A stretch of 64,000 nucleotides of DNA from an uncultured Phycisphaerales bacterium (GCA_938084645.1 CALKEP010000052.1:19340-83339), one strand, 5' to 3'; shown: positions 8,488 through 19,468, counted from the first letter of the stretch. Program-made: numbers and translations. Notes: a model not told the origin generated them from the letters alone.

Positions 8488-11340
8488 ATGACCAGCCAAT
8501 CCTCCCAGTCAGATTCACGCGACCGCCGCGGGTTCAAGGAGACCCTCAATCTCCCCTCGACCCCGTTTCCGATGCGTGCCAATCTCGCCCAGAACGAACC
8601 GAAGACGGTCGACCGCTGGGAGACCGGGTCGATGTACGCCGAGATCGACGCGAACCGACGCGATTCCGGGGCCCCGGTGTTCCGGTTCCACGACGGGCCG
8701 CCCTACGCGAACGGCTCGATCCACGTCGGACATCTCCTCAACAAGGTGCTCAAGGACCTCGTGGTCCGCTCGCGATTGATGGAGGGGATGCGATGCCCGT
8801 TCACGCCGGGCTGGGATTGCCACGGGCTGCCCATCGAACATCGGGTGATGACGGAACTCCATGAGAAGGGGAAGGCCGCGAAGCTCGCCGGACTCCCCGA
8901 CGACACGCGTCGAATCGCGATTCGACGCGAATGCGCGGCCTATGCGGCCAAGTTCATCAAGTTGCAGTCGGGACAGATGCGGCGTCTCCTGACGATCGCC
9001 GACTACGACGATCCCTACCTGACCATGAACCCCGGATACGAGGCCCGCACCATCGAGGTGTTCGCGGACCTCGTGGAACAGGGCGTGGTGTACCGGGACC
9101 TGAAGCCCGTCCACTGGTCGATCGAGAACCAGACTGCACTCGCCGAGGCGGAACTCGAATACGAGGATCGCGAGGATCCGCAGGTGTTCGTCGATTTCGA
9201 GGCCACCGATCGGGAGGCGACCGGGCGGGCCTTCGATCTGGAACTCGAAGCCACGCCGAGCTTCATGATCTGGACCACCACCCCCTGGACCCTGCCCGCG
9301 AACCTCGCGATCGCGGTCGGGCCGCGATACCGGTACGTGCTCGCACGGATGGACGGACAGGAGACGGTCGTCGCCCGTGAACTGCTCGAGGCGGTGGTCG
9401 AACAGTGCGGAATCGAGGAGGTCGAGGTCCTCGCGGAATGCACCGGGGCCGATCTGCTCGGTCTCGAGTACCGCCATCCGTTCATCGATCGGGTGGGACG
9501 GATCGTCGAAGCCGACTACGTGACGCTCGAGGACGGGACCGGACTCGTGCACACCGCGCCTGGTCACGGACAGGAGGACTACCGGACCGGCCAGCGCGAG
9601 GGATTCGACGTGTACTGCCCCGTCCTGGGTGACGGCACCTACGACGAGACCGTGCCCGACTGGCTTCGAGGAAAGTCGATCTGGGACGCCAACGGCCTGA
9701 TCGCGGACCACTTGCGGGAGAGCGGGCACCTCGTCCATCACGAACTGTTCATGCACAGCTATCCGCACGACTGGCGATCGAAGACGCCGGTGATCTTCCG
9801 ATCCACGGAGCAGTGGTTCGTGGCGGTCGATCGGGCGACGGTCCGGGACGGACGCAGCCTCCGGGATCTCGCGATGGAGGCCACCGGCGAATCGGTCGAC
9901 TTCATTCCGGAATGGGGACGAAACCGCATGCGGGGCATGGTCGAGTCCCGTCCCGACTGGTGCCTGTCGCGCCAGCGGGCCTGGGGACTGCCGATCCCGG
10001 CGTTCCGCGGCCCCGACGGTGAGGTCGTCATGACGCCGGCCTCGGTTCGCGCGGTCGCGAAGGCGTTCGAGGCCCGCGGCTCGGATGCGTGGTTCTCGGA
10101 GTCGCCGGCGGAACTGCTCGCGGACTGGGATCCGTCGCAGGATCCGGGCGTGACCGACGATCTCGATCCGTCGACGCTCGAGAAGATGTATGACATCTTC
10201 GACGTCTGGTTCGAGTCCGGCTCGAGTTGGGCGGCGGTGATGCGGGCCCGCGACCAGGGCATTCCGGCGGACCTCTACCTCGAGGGAAGCGACCAGCATC
10301 GCGGCTGGTTCCAGCTCTCGCTCCTGCCGGCGCTCGGCGCCACCGGGGCGCCGCCGTACCGCACGCTCCTGACGCACGGCTTCATGGTCGACAAGGACGG
10401 CCGGAAGATGTCGAAGTCGTCCGGCAACGCCCTGAGCGTCGACGAGCTGCTCAAGGACTTCGGGGCGGACGTCTGTCGCTGGTGGGTCTGTTCGCTGCCC
10501 TTCGAGAACGACATCAAGGTCGACCTCGACTTCTTCAAGGTCGCGGGCGAGAGCTACCGCAAGATCCGCAACACGCTTCGATTCCTGCTCGGAAATCTTT
10601 CGGACTTCGACGTGGATCGCGACGGCATCGCGCTCGATGCGATCGAACCCGCGTCGATCGACGCATGGGCCCTCGCGGAAGCGGTCCGGGTCGAGCAGCG
10701 GGTTCGACACGCGTTCGCGACGTACGCGTTCCGCGACGCCCATCAGGTCCTCTACGACTTCTGCAACGAGACGCTGAGTTCGATCTATCTCGTCGCGACC
10801 AAGGATCGCCTGTACTGCGACGCGGCGGACAGCCACCGTCGTCGACGCACCCAGACGGTCATGCACGCGATCAGCGACCTGCTCTGCCGCCTGCTGGAGC
10901 CCGTGGTGCCCCACACCGCCGACGAGGCGTTCCGGGCGCTCCACGGGGATGATGCCGCGAACGTCCATCTGGCGGGGCCACTCGATCTGTCGGCGACCTG
11001 CGATCACGAATGGTCGGCCGTGATCAATCTCCGCGACGCGGCCCTCAAGCGACTCGAGGAGGCGAAGGCCGATGGCATCGACAACCCGCTCGACGCCGGG
11101 CTCGTGATCCCCGATCCGGAGGGGACGTTCGCCCGTTTCGGCGAGGATCTCGCCGATCTCTGTGGTGTGAGCCGAGCCCGGTTCGAGGCCGGACTCGGTG
11201 AAGTCGAGATCGAGGATCTCCGGGACGCGCCACGATGCGAGCGGAGTCGCAAGCGTGACGGCACCGTTCGGGAGCGATCGGACGGTGCCTTGCTTTCGGA
11301 TCGTGATGCCGCCGCCATCGGGCTCGACCCCGCGAGCTGA
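8488..11340 (+). CDS. ileS: Isoleucine--tRNA ligase (type 1)
   Basis: HDGPPYANG, HVGH, GWDCHGLPIE, WTTTPWTLPAN, EGSDQHRGWF, KMSKS. Confidence 0.99.
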   Translation: MTSQSSQSDSRDRRGFKETLNLPSTPFPMRANLAQNEPKTVDRWETGSMYAEIDANRRDSGAPVFRFHDGPPYANGSIHVGHLLNKVLKDLVVRSRLMEGMRCPFTPGWDCHGLPIEHRVMTELHEKGKAAKLAGLPDDTRRIAIRRECAAYAAKFIKLQSGQMRRLLTIADYDDPYLTMNPGYEARTIEVFADLVEQGVVYRDLKPVHWSIENQTALAEAELEYEDREDPQVFVDFEATDREATGRAFDLELEATPSFMIWTTTPWTLPANLAIAVGPRYRYVLARMDGQETVVARELLEAVVEQCGIEEVEVLAECTGADLLGLEYRHPFIDRVGRIVEADYVTLEDGTGLVHTAPGHGQEDYRTGQREGFDVYCPVLGDGTYDETVPDWLRGKSIWDANGLIADHLRESGHLVHHELFMHSYPHDWRSKTPVIFRSTEQWFVAVDRATVRDGRSLRDLAMEATGESVDFIPEWGRNRMRGMVESRPDWCLSRQRAWGLPIPAFRGPDGEVVMTPASVRAVAKAFEARGSDAWFSESPAELLADWDPSQDPGVTDDLDPSTLEKMYDIFDVWFESGSSWAAVMRARDQGIPADLYLEGSDQHRGWFQLSLLPALGATGAPPYRTLLTHGFMVDKDGRKMSKSSGNALSVDELLKDFGADVCRWWVCSLPFENDIKVDLDFFKVAGESYRKIRNTLRFLLGNLSDFDVDRDGIALDAIEPASIDAWALAEAVRVEQRVRHAFATYAFRDAHQVLYDFCNETLSSIYLVATKDRLYCDAADSHRRRRTQTVMHAISDLLCRLLEPVVPHTADEAFRALHGDDAANVHLAGPLDLSATCDHEWSAVINLRDAALKRLEEAKADGIDNPLDAGLVIPDPEGTFARFGEDLADLCGVSRARFEAGLGEVEIEDLRDAPRCERSRKRDGTVRERSDGALLSDRDAAAIGLDPAS

Positions 11341-11787
11341 TCGTGACCCGGGCGTGGGTGGCTCGCGAACCCCGCATCCGGTTCCAGACCATCGAACGTG
11401 CAGAGCGACCCCTCGGATCTCCAGAGAGATCCGAGGGGGCTCACATCGAAATCGAATGGTCCGCTGGACGGCCTCGACGTCGAAGATCCCCCGGAAACGC
11501 CGCCACGATGTTCGAGAATGGGGGGAACGGACGCAGTCCCCGTCATCCGTATGCCGATCCGGGACGTGGATCGACCCGAACGGTGTGGCTTCGGGAGTCC
11601 GTAGTGACGATCGCGGCGGGCGTGACAGGCTCGCCGAGGAAATCTCCCAACGGGGGCGCCCTCGGAGATTGCGATCAGGGCGTCCGGTGGTGAAGCGACC
11701 TCGCGCGATCCCGGGAGACGCTCGGGGGTCGGGGGCCGGGATCGTCGTGATCGTGCTGGTTGTGGGAGTCGGCGCCCGCGGCTGGTG

Positions 11788-12183
11788 TCAGCTGACGCGG
11801 GAGCCCGGCTTCACCGGCTTGTCGATGGTGACCACGACGACATCGCGTTCATCAGGGCCCGGCTTGCCTTCCGCATCCTCGGTCGGGGCGTCCTTCAGGT
11901 CGCTCGCGGCGAGGATCATTCCCTGGCTGATCTCGCCCCGGAGTTTCCGAGGCTCGAGATTCGCGACGATGACCACCTGCTTCCCCACGAGTTCCTCGGG
12001 GGCGTACCACGCCTTGACCCCGGCGCAGACCTGTCGACCCTCGGGCGTGCCGTCATCGAGGGTGACCTTCAGCAGCTTGTCGGCGTTGGGGTGCGCCTCG
12101 CACGCGGTGACGGTGGCGACGCGGAGATCGATCTTCGAGAAGTGATCGAAGTCGATGTTGGGGAGGGGTTCGTTGCTGCTCAC
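11788..12183 (-). CDS. Stand-alone tRNA-binding OB-fold protein (MetRS C-terminal/Trbp111/CsaA family)
   Basis: IDFDHFSKIDLRVA...HPNADKLL...VANLEPRKLRGEISQGMILAA. Confidence 0.9.
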   Translation of the reverse strand: MSSNEPLPNIDFDHFSKIDLRVATVTACEAHPNADKLLKVTLDDGTPEGRQVCAGVKAWYAPEELVGKQVVIVANLEPRKLRGEISQGMILAASDLKDAPTEDAEGKPGPDERDVVVVTIDKPVKPGSRVS

Positions 12184-12236
12184 GGTTCGATCCGAAGGGA
12201 GTGGTGGAATCCGGCTCGGCGGATGCCGTGGTCGGT

Positions 12237-14171
12237 TCAGGCCGCGGGGGCCTCGTCCGCGAATTCGTCCGCGAATTCGTCCTCGTCGTCCTCGTCCTCG
12301 CGAGAACGTTCGAAGGCATGTCGGGCCTTCAACGCCTCGAAGCCGAAGATCGAAGCGGGATCGAAGGTCGCGAGGTCCTGGGTGATCGCGGCCTGAAGCG
12401 GGCCCTGGTTCGCCGCGAGCCCCGTCCACTGCTCTTCGGTGAGCGGCATCAGCTTGTCGATGGAGACCACGAGGACCGCGAGGCGTTGGGGCAGGGCGAC
12501 GGTGAAGACGCGCTGGTCGATCGGTTGCTCGGCGACGGGCTGCGTCGGGTCGAGGGCCATCGCTCGATCCACGATCGCCGCGATCGCCTCGGCATCGGTG
12601 CCGAGCCCGGGGATCGAGGACGACAGTTCGATGCCGTACTGAAGCAGGATCTGGAGGTTCGCCTCGCGGATGTCGGCCGCGAACTCGACCGGAACGTCGT
12701 AGCCGTCCGCGACGGCCCGGAGACCCTCGGTTCGTGCGACCTGTTCGATCTCCGGCAGCCGCGATGCCAGCGTCTCGTAACGAATCATGGCTTCGACGTC
12801 GGCCCGAACCGCGGCTCGGACCTCGTCCAGATCGGCGGGGGGGCGGGACGGATCGGTGTCGATGACGCGGGCGAGGTAGAGGTCGCCGTCGGGGGCGAAG
12901 GTCGGTGGGAACGCGACGCCCGACTGGACGGCGATCGAGTCGCTGCCACCGAAGTCGCGAAGTGCCGGAACGATCGCCGACACGGGGGTTCGATTGCGAC
13001 CGTAGAGATCGGTGTCGCTCTTGGCGAGCGAGCCGTACCGTTCCTCGTCGGAGAGGTTTTCGACCGTGAGCCACTCCTGGCCGCTGGAGCGATAGGCGGG
13101 AAGGGGGAGATCGAACTCCGTCGAGATTTCGTCGGCGAGACTCGTGAAACTCCGCCGTCGCGTCGCCCAGTCCGCCGGCAGGTCGTAGTGCAGGCCGATC
13201 CGGCCCAGGCCACGGCGGGGGAACTGGGTCTGGTCCGACGCGAACTTGGCGATGGCCTTCATCCGGGCATCGGTGAGGTCGTCGAGGACCACTTCCCGGA
13301 TCCGCGCCTCTTCGGTGTTGAACTGGCTGGTCGTCGCCGCGGTCCCGAAGCGGGTCGGATCCTTCATGAACGCCTTTCGGAGTTCGACGGGTCCGAGTTC
13401 CGGGCTGTTCTCGAGTGATGCTCGAACGGCCGCCTTGGGGATCACGAGCCACTCGATCTTGAAGCGGTCGGGGATGCGGTATCCGAACGTGGCATCATCG
13501 GCGGCGGGCAGCACGTCGGCGTGGGCCGTCATCTGCTCGGTGAGCCGCTGCTCGTCGATCTCGGGCTGATCGATCGTCTCGTCGGTCCGGGCGTCGATCA
13601 CCACGACGTCGGCCGCGATCCCCAGGGACTTCCGGGCCGCGGCGCTTCGAAGTCGCGTGTCGCTGAATCGTCCCGCGGTCCCCACCAGTGCGAGGAGCTG
13701 GGTGACGCCGCGAACCTCCGCGAGCGTCTCGATCGTCTGTTGCGGGCTCAGGCCGGCCTGTGAACCGAGGGTCGCGATGATCATCTCGGGCGTGACGCCT
13801 TCGGTGTCGGTTCGTCCGGCCGCGAGCTGCTGGGCGACCTCGTAGCCGGAGGAGGTTCCACCGACGAGTCCGGCCGCGCGTGCCTCCCGGACCAGGAGGT
13901 ACCAGTGGGCGGGATTCGTGCCGACCCCGAGCTGACCGAGGGGACTGCTCGCGCCGAGGAGATCGATCAGTCTCGTCTGCCGTCGAAGCATGTCGGCTTC
14001 GCCGGCGGTGACCGACTCATCCTTCGAACCGACCGTCGCCCAGGTGGCGCCCGTCTGGGCGCTGTACTCGGAGAGGCCCTGGATCGCCTGAGGCACCAGG
14101 AAGGTGATCATCAGGAGCGTGCCGCCCACGGCGAGGATCCACTTGTCGTACTTGCGAAGGAACTGGAACAT
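12237..14171 (-). CDS. Membrane-anchored periplasmic protein, possibly a PpiD/SurA-N-like chaperone
   Basis: 644-aa ORF starting MFQFLRKYDKWILAVGGTLLMITFLV (PpiD-like start), one TM helix, acidic tail; family call tentative. Confidence 0.65.
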   Translation of the reverse strand: MFQFLRKYDKWILAVGGTLLMITFLVPQAIQGLSEYSAQTGATWATVGSKDESVTAGEADMLRRQTRLIDLLGASSPLGQLGVGTNPAHWYLLVREARAAGLVGGTSSGYEVAQQLAAGRTDTEGVTPEMIIATLGSQAGLSPQQTIETLAEVRGVTQLLALVGTAGRFSDTRLRSAAARKSLGIAADVVVIDARTDETIDQPEIDEQRLTEQMTAHADVLPAADDATFGYRIPDRFKIEWLVIPKAAVRASLENSPELGPVELRKAFMKDPTRFGTAATTSQFNTEEARIREVVLDDLTDARMKAIAKFASDQTQFPRRGLGRIGLHYDLPADWATRRRSFTSLADEISTEFDLPLPAYRSSGQEWLTVENLSDEERYGSLAKSDTDLYGRNRTPVSAIVPALRDFGGSDSIAVQSGVAFPPTFAPDGDLYLARVIDTDPSRPPADLDEVRAAVRADVEAMIRYETLASRLPEIEQVARTEGLRAVADGYDVPVEFAADIREANLQILLQYGIELSSSIPGLGTDAEAIAAIVDRAMALDPTQPVAEQPIDQRVFTVALPQRLAVLVVSIDKLMPLTEEQWTGLAANQGPLQAAITQDLATFDPASIFGFEALKARHAFERSREDEDDEDEFADEFADEAPAA

Positions 14172-14394
14172 GAGGTCTTCCGGGGTTCGGCGTGGGGCGG
14201 TTCAGGTGGCCGGTCGAGGCTGCTCGGGAGCGGGTCGCGGCACCATGCGGGGGAGGAACGGAACGCGGGTGGAAGCGGCTGCGAAAGGACCGTCGCGTCG
14301 GTCCGTCGATGCCGGGGAGGCCTCGAAGGGAGCCGGACGCGACGGTCCGTGGTGGAACGCAGCCCGTCGAGTCGAGGCCGAGGCCCCGATGGGA

Positions 14395-14994
14395 TCAGCG
14401 ATAGAACTCGACGATCAGGTTGGTGTTGACGTCGAACGGGATCTGGTCCGAGGTCGGCGATGCGACGATCTTCACGTTGAGTTCCGCGGGATTCATGGCG
14501 ATCCATCCGGGGACCATGTGTCCGGCGAGGGACTCCATGCTTTCGCGGGCCAGAGTGTGGATCTTGTCGCGGAGGGTGATCTCGTCGCCGACCTTCACCG
14601 CGAAGCTCGGACGATCGACCTTCTTGCCGTTCACCAGCACGTGTCCGTGGGTGACCATCTGACGGGCGGCCCAGATCGTGCGGGTGAGACCGGCACGTCG
14701 GATCACGTTGTCGAGACGGCACTCGAGCAGCTGAAGGAGAAGTTCGCCGGTGTTGCCCGGGCGACGAGTCGCTTCATCGACGTAGCGACGGAACTGTCGT
14801 TCCATCACGTTGTAGTGATAGCGGAGCTTCTGCTTCTCATCCTTCCGGATGCCGTAGTCCTTGGGTCGACGCCCACGAAACCCGTGCTGCCCCGGCGGGT
14901 TGAGCTGCCGCTTCGAGGTGTGCTTCGGGATGTCCGCGATCGGAACACCGACGCGGCGGGAGAGCTTGACCTTCGGTCCGAGGTAACGGGCCAT
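14395..14994 (-). CDS. rpsD: 30S ribosomal protein S4
   Basis: MARYLGPKVKLSRR, PPGQHG, EKQKLR, LECRLDNV, ARQMVTHGHVLVNG, IVEFY. Confidence 0.99.
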   Translation of the reverse strand: MARYLGPKVKLSRRVGVPIADIPKHTSKRQLNPPGQHGFRGRRPKDYGIRKDEKQKLRYHYNVMERQFRRYVDEATRRPGNTGELLLQLLECRLDNVIRRAGLTRTIWAARQMVTHGHVLVNGKKVDRPSFAVKVGDEITLRDKIHTLARESMESLAGHMVPGWIAMNPAELNVKIVASPTSDQIPFDVNTNLIVEFYR

Positions 14995-15127
14995 TCGAAC
15001 ATCCGACTGTTGGGGCCCCGGACGGCGAATCTGACGCCGTACGGGTCGAAAGTGAACCGGCACCCCCGGATTTCCGGGTACGTGTCGGGGACGACGCCGG
15101 GGCGGAAACCGCTCCGGCGAGTCGCGT

Positions 15128-15156
15128 AGTAGAACATTCCCACCGCCGAGCGTCAA
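15128..15156 (-). promoter_or_regulatory. Putative sigma70 promoter of rpsD
   Basis: TTGACG-N17-TCTACT with extended TG on the minus strand. Confidence 0.6.
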
Positions 15157-15756
15157 GACGAAGGGATGCGTTTCGGGCCTCGAACACACCATTCCCGGGG
15201 GGGCGGGCCCCATCTCGGGTGGGTCTCTTCCGCGGGAGCCAAGGTGACTCCCGGTCCGCCATGACACCCCGCAGCCGGTCTGGAGCCCCAAAATCAGCGA
15301 AAGGCCCCGCTCCTCCGGCTGGGCCTTCCGCAATCTCTACTCTCGGTCGAGAGGTTCTCGATTCGGGGGCACGGAATCAAGCACAAATTCGAGAACTTCT
15401 CGGTTTCCGGGTCTCTCGGATCCGGCGGTCTTCGTCACCGAAAATCGTGACGTAGATCTCGGCGATCTCCGCTCGATCGGCTGGAGGCAGCGGGCTCCCG
15501 AGACCGACCATCGCGGCAAGGTCCCGCGTGATCGCCGAGCGGAGATCCGATCGGTGGGTGGCGCCGGTCGAGGTGGCGTGTTTCTGCGTGCCCACGATCG
15601 CCGAGGTGCGTCCGGATGGGCGAAGGGGTCGTCTGCCGGGGGCCATGTCTGGATTCCGGGAGGATGCGAAGGACCTCGACGTGGTCCCGTGATCGGATCC
15701 TCGGTCGGATCCTCGTCGGCCTCCAGCCCGTTCCCCCGGATCCCAGCGGTTCGTGG

Positions 15757-17673
15757 TCAGTACGCCCGGCGTTCGTCGTTCTTCCGCCAGTTGAGATAGG
15801 CGGTGTTGAGCACTCGATATCCGCCCGGGGTCGGATAGTCACCGGTGAAGTACCAGTCGCCGGTGTGACCGGGCATCGCCTCGCGCAGACCGGGCAGGTC
15901 CTGGTAGACCATCTCGATCTGCCCGGACCACTCGAGGCGGTCGCTGCGGATGAGATCGGCGATCCGAGCCGACAGGGTTTCGAGCGAGAATCGATCGTAG
16001 ATGGCGGCGACGTGGTTCTTCATCCGGTCGGGGGCGAGGTCGACTTGTTCGAGGCATCTGGCCTCGACCTCGTCGAGCAGGTCCGCCTCGCCGGCGTCGT
16101 GAAGCAGGGAGACCGCCGCTTCGAACGCGATGAACCGGCCCAGCTGGCTCATGTCGATCCCGTAGCAGTCCGGGTACATGATCGGGGGCGCGCTGGAGAC
16201 CACCACGATCCGCCGGGGTGAGAGGCGGGACAGCATGGTGATGATCGACTCGCGGAGCGTGGTGCCGCGAACGATGCTGTCGTCCACGACCACGAGCGTG
16301 TCGCCTTCGGCGATGGTCCCGCGGGTGACGTCGTAGACGTGGGAGACCAGGTCGCGTCGCGCGGCATCGTGGGTGATGAAGGTTCGCAGCCGCTGGTCCT
16401 TGTGGGCGACCTTCTCGGAGCGGGCCCGGGTGCGGATGAGTCGATCGACGTCCTCCCGGGTGACGGTCCCGGCTTCGATCCGCTTCCAGAGTTCCTCCCC
16501 GTTCCGCCGACGAAGCACCGCGTTGATCTCTTCCCGCAGGCCCGCGAACGCGGTCTCGGCGGTGTTGGGGATGAAGCCGAACACCGTGTCGTCGATGTTC
16601 CAGTCGATCGCTTCCAGGACCCGCTCCGCCAGATTGGCGCCGAGTCGCTTCCGCTCCCGGTAGATGTCGCGGTCGTTGCCTCGACTGAAGTAGATCCGTT
16701 CGAACGTGCACTTGCGCACCGGCAGTGGATCGATGAACGGTTCGATCCGGATCGCCCCGTTCCGCTTCACTTCGAGGGCGTGGGCGGGCGGGAGTTCCTC
16801 GATCGCATCGGGGTCGACGTTGAACGCGGTGACGAGGGCGGCCCGCTCGCTGGCGACCGAGACCACGGCGTCGTCCCGGTAGATGAAGGCGGGACGGATC
16901 CCTGCGGGGTCGCGGCAGACGAGGAGGTCGCCGTTACCGACGATCGAGGCGAAGACGTAGCCGCCGTCGAATCGGTCGGACGCGTTTCGGAGCACCCGGA
17001 CGAGATCGAGTTCGGCCGACACGGTCTCGGCGAGCTCACGACCCTCGAGGGCTCGGAAGGACCCGGGGCCCATGGTCGCGGCGAGATGATCGTGCTCGCG
17101 GTCCAGGTAGTAGCCGATCTTCTCCAGCACGACCTGCGTGTCGGAGTCGCCGACGGGATCGAGGCCGTACTCCATCAGTTCCTCGAAGAGAAGCTTCGAG
17201 TTGGTCAGGTTGAAGTTGCCGGCGACCGCGAGATTCCGGCTGGCCACGATGTTCTTGCGGAGATAGGGATGGCACGCGGTGATGGTCCGTCCGCCGTGGG
17301 TGCCGTACCGGAGGTGCCCGAGCATCAGCTCCCCGAGGTGCGGCATGCGTCGCTTGAGATCAAGCCCCGAAAGGGCGTCGGTCCTCTCCATCGAGAGGTT
17401 TCGAAGCGGTTTCATCACCGTGTCGAAGAGTCGTTCGATGGGGTTCCGCTTGGCACTGCGGAGCCGTGAGAGAAACTGCTCGCCCGCCGGCATGTCGAAT
17501 CGGACGGCACCGATCCCGGCCCCGTCCTGGCCGCGATTGTGCTGCTTTTCCATGAGCAGGAAGAGTCTGCGGAGGCCCCAGAGCGAGTCCCCGTGCTCTT
17601 CCCGATACCAGTCCAACGGCTTCAGGAGCCGAACGACGGCGAGTCCGCATTCGTGGGAGATCCGGTCGCTCAT
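15757..17673 (-). CDS. purF: Amidophosphoribosyltransferase (long form)
   Basis: Propeptide plus ECG catalytic Cys, QHNRGQDGAG, GHLRYGT, CTFERIYFSR, PRPP motif VVVDDSIVRGTT, YPDCYGIDM. Confidence 0.95.
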   Translation of the reverse strand: MSDRISHECGLAVVRLLKPLDWYREEHGDSLWGLRRLFLLMEKQHNRGQDGAGIGAVRFDMPAGEQFLSRLRSAKRNPIERLFDTVMKPLRNLSMERTDALSGLDLKRRMPHLGELMLGHLRYGTHGGRTITACHPYLRKNIVASRNLAVAGNFNLTNSKLLFEELMEYGLDPVGDSDTQVVLEKIGYYLDREHDHLAATMGPGSFRALEGRELAETVSAELDLVRVLRNASDRFDGGYVFASIVGNGDLLVCRDPAGIRPAFIYRDDAVVSVASERAALVTAFNVDPDAIEELPPAHALEVKRNGAIRIEPFIDPLPVRKCTFERIYFSRGNDRDIYRERKRLGANLAERVLEAIDWNIDDTVFGFIPNTAETAFAGLREEINAVLRRRNGEELWKRIEAGTVTREDVDRLIRTRARSEKVAHKDQRLRTFITHDAARRDLVSHVYDVTRGTIAEGDTLVVVDDSIVRGTTLRESIITMLSRLSPRRIVVVSSAPPIMYPDCYGIDMSQLGRFIAFEAAVSLLHDAGEADLLDEVEARCLEQVDLAPDRMKNHVAAIYDRFSLETLSARIADLIRSDRLEWSGQIEMVYQDLPGLREAMPGHTGDWYFTGDYPTPGGYRVLNTAYLNWRKNDERRAY

Positions 17674-17758
17674 GGGGGTGGCACGGTAACGCTTCGACGC
17701 CGCGCCTGCGCCGCGACTCCCGCATCCCCCGGGGCGGGCGCCGATCTATGCTGTGATT

Positions 17759-18571
17759 GTGGAAGACGCGCCGACACCAACTTCGAAACTGCCGACCGGC
17801 CTGGTCACCTGGGCGACCTTGCTCGGACACTGGACCGATCTCGTCAAGGCGGGGGAGGGACTGAAGCGGTCCGACGACGAAGACGACCGGGCGTGGCGGG
17901 CGTCCCTCCCGGAAGTGATCCGGCTGCAGGCCATCACCTTCGCGCTCGCGGAGCTCGATCGAGTCGAGATTCCGGATCGCGGACTTGCGCGGGATCGGGC
18001 GACGATCGGGGTCGAGGAGGCGTCGGCGCAGCTGGATGCCCTCTGGTCGGGCGTCTCGATGCCCGAGGCGTTGCTCGAGATCGCTTCGGACGCCGCGCGG
18101 GCGGTCGAGGCCGCCGTCTACGCGGGGCTCCAGTGGATTCGCTGGGGTGGGGCGGGCCGTCTCGAGATGCCCGACATCGATCTGGAGGCGGTCGGCACCG
18201 CTGGAACGCTCGCGTGCGCCCAACCCGGCACCATTCTGCTCCCCGGCGAGCCCGTCGCGTGGTGGACGGAGCGGGAGCCGCCGCAGGAACTCGTCGGCGA
18301 AGGGTTCGATGTCCGGCCGGGGCCCCCGGTCCAGATCTACCGCCGGCTCGATGACGCGGGCCGTGCGATCGGGGATCTCGTCGCGCCGCTCACGGATCTT
18401 CCGGTGGGCCTGCCGATCCTCGTGCCGATCTCCCTCGACGGCGTCCCGATCGGACGGTTCACCGTCGAGCGGGACCGGTGGCTCGCCTCGAATCGTCGTG
18501 CGTTCGAGACGGTCGAAGGGGACTACCCGGTCCGATACGAATCCGGGGCGTCGCCGGACTCCGAGGACTGA
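17759..18571 (+). CDS. Hypothetical protein
   Basis: ~270-aa ORF with typical codon usage; TATGCT box 6 nt before GTG 17759 (alternative start 17753). Confidence 0.75.
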   Translation: MEDAPTPTSKLPTGLVTWATLLGHWTDLVKAGEGLKRSDDEDDRAWRASLPEVIRLQAITFALAELDRVEIPDRGLARDRATIGVEEASAQLDALWSGVSMPEALLEIASDAARAVEAAVYAGLQWIRWGGAGRLEMPDIDLEAVGTAGTLACAQPGTILLPGEPVAWWTEREPPQELVGEGFDVRPGPPVQIYRRLDDAGRAIGDLVAPLTDLPVGLPILVPISLDGVPIGRFTVERDRWLASNRRAFETVEGDYPVRYESGASPDSED

Positions 18572-19468
18572 TCAGAAACCACCTTCATCCCCGACTGCGG
18601 CTTCGACGGGCCGCCGGTCGAACAGGTCGAACGGGCCGATGGGACGGTCCTGTTCGGCGACGTGCATGCGACGGGCGAGCGTCGCGTCGTGTGCGCCCCA
18701 GAGATCGCGCACGAGATCGGGGTCGTTGCACTCGCGGGAGAGGTGGAGCAGGACGACCCGGTCCGGTGTGGTGCGGGTCGCCAGCGACCGCACGAGATCG
18801 AGGGCCTGCACGTTCGACAGATGGCCATGACCGCCGGTGATCCGGGCCTTCAGGAACGGGGGTCTCGGCGAGGCGGCCTGGAGCGCGGCGTCGTAGTTGG
18901 ATTCCACCCCGAGGATCTCGCAGTCCGAGAGCAGTGAACGCAGTTCTTCGGTGGGCCGGCCGACATCCGTCGCCCAACCGATGCGGAGATCTCCCCGCGT
19001 CGTACGGACCCGGAGTCGGATGGCGGTCGAACCGTGGTCGTCGTGCGGGGCGAGGGCGGTGGTCGCGGTGATCACGCCCGGCAGGATCGTGATCTCCCGT
19101 CCACCATCGGCGAGCGGCCGGAGAAGCCGCGGGGGAGCCGCCATCGCGGCGAGCGCCGCATGGTGGCTGGGGGCCGCGTAGACCGGCCATTCCGTCGCAT
19201 CGAGCGTGCGACGCCAGGTCGACCGGAGATGGTCGCCGTCGGGGTGGGTGACCAGCACCGCGGCGATGTCCTCGAACCGCACGTCCGGGGCGTGCTCGTC
19301 GAGTCGTCGGGCGAGGGTCCTTGGGCCGATGCCGAGATCGATGCAGACGTGCCGGGGTGGGAGGCCGAGGCGATGAAGCGTCAGGATGGAGAGATTGCCG
19401 CCGGAGCCGCTGGCGATGATCCGGAGATGGGCGTCGACCACGCGCGTCGCGTGCTCCGCCTCGATCAC
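18572..19468 (-). CDS. MBL-fold metallo-hydrolase (YycJ/WalJ-like)
   Basis: ASGSGGN, THPDGDH, PHDD, ATDVG, ESNYD, GHLSN, LHLSRECN. Confidence 0.9.
   Translation of the reverse strand: MIEAEHATRVVDAHLRIIASGSGGNLSILTLHRLGLPPRHVCIDLGIGPRTLARRLDEHAPDVRFEDIAAVLVTHPDGDHLRSTWRRTLDATEWPVYAAPSHHAALAAMAAPPRLLRPLADGGREITILPGVITATTALAPHDDHGSTAIRLRVRTTRGDLRIGWATDVGRPTEELRSLLSDCEILGVESNYDAALQAASPRPPFLKARITGGHGHLSNVQALDLVRSLATRTTPDRVVLLHLSRECNDPDLVRDLWGAHDATLARRMHVAEQDRPIGPFDLFDRRPVEAAVGDEGGF

Noticed and set aside
11341..11787. Hairpin-rich gap after ileS
   Set aside because: Hairpins fit ordinary terminators between convergent genes; no repeated motif.
12254..12283. 12-bp tandem repeat (EFAD-EFAD) in the acidic tail of the 644-aa protein
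   Set aside because: Trivial low-complexity duplication.
14995..15333. Long N-terminal extensions in the ORF track (rpsD here; likewise ileS, glyQS, lpxA, Nfu)
   Set aside because: Family-typical N-termini begin at downstream starts; the extensions are artefacts of longest-ORF calling.
15160..15756. Small ORFs or a riboswitch between rpsD and purF
   Set aside because: No recognisable aptamer consensus; ORFs look non-coding.
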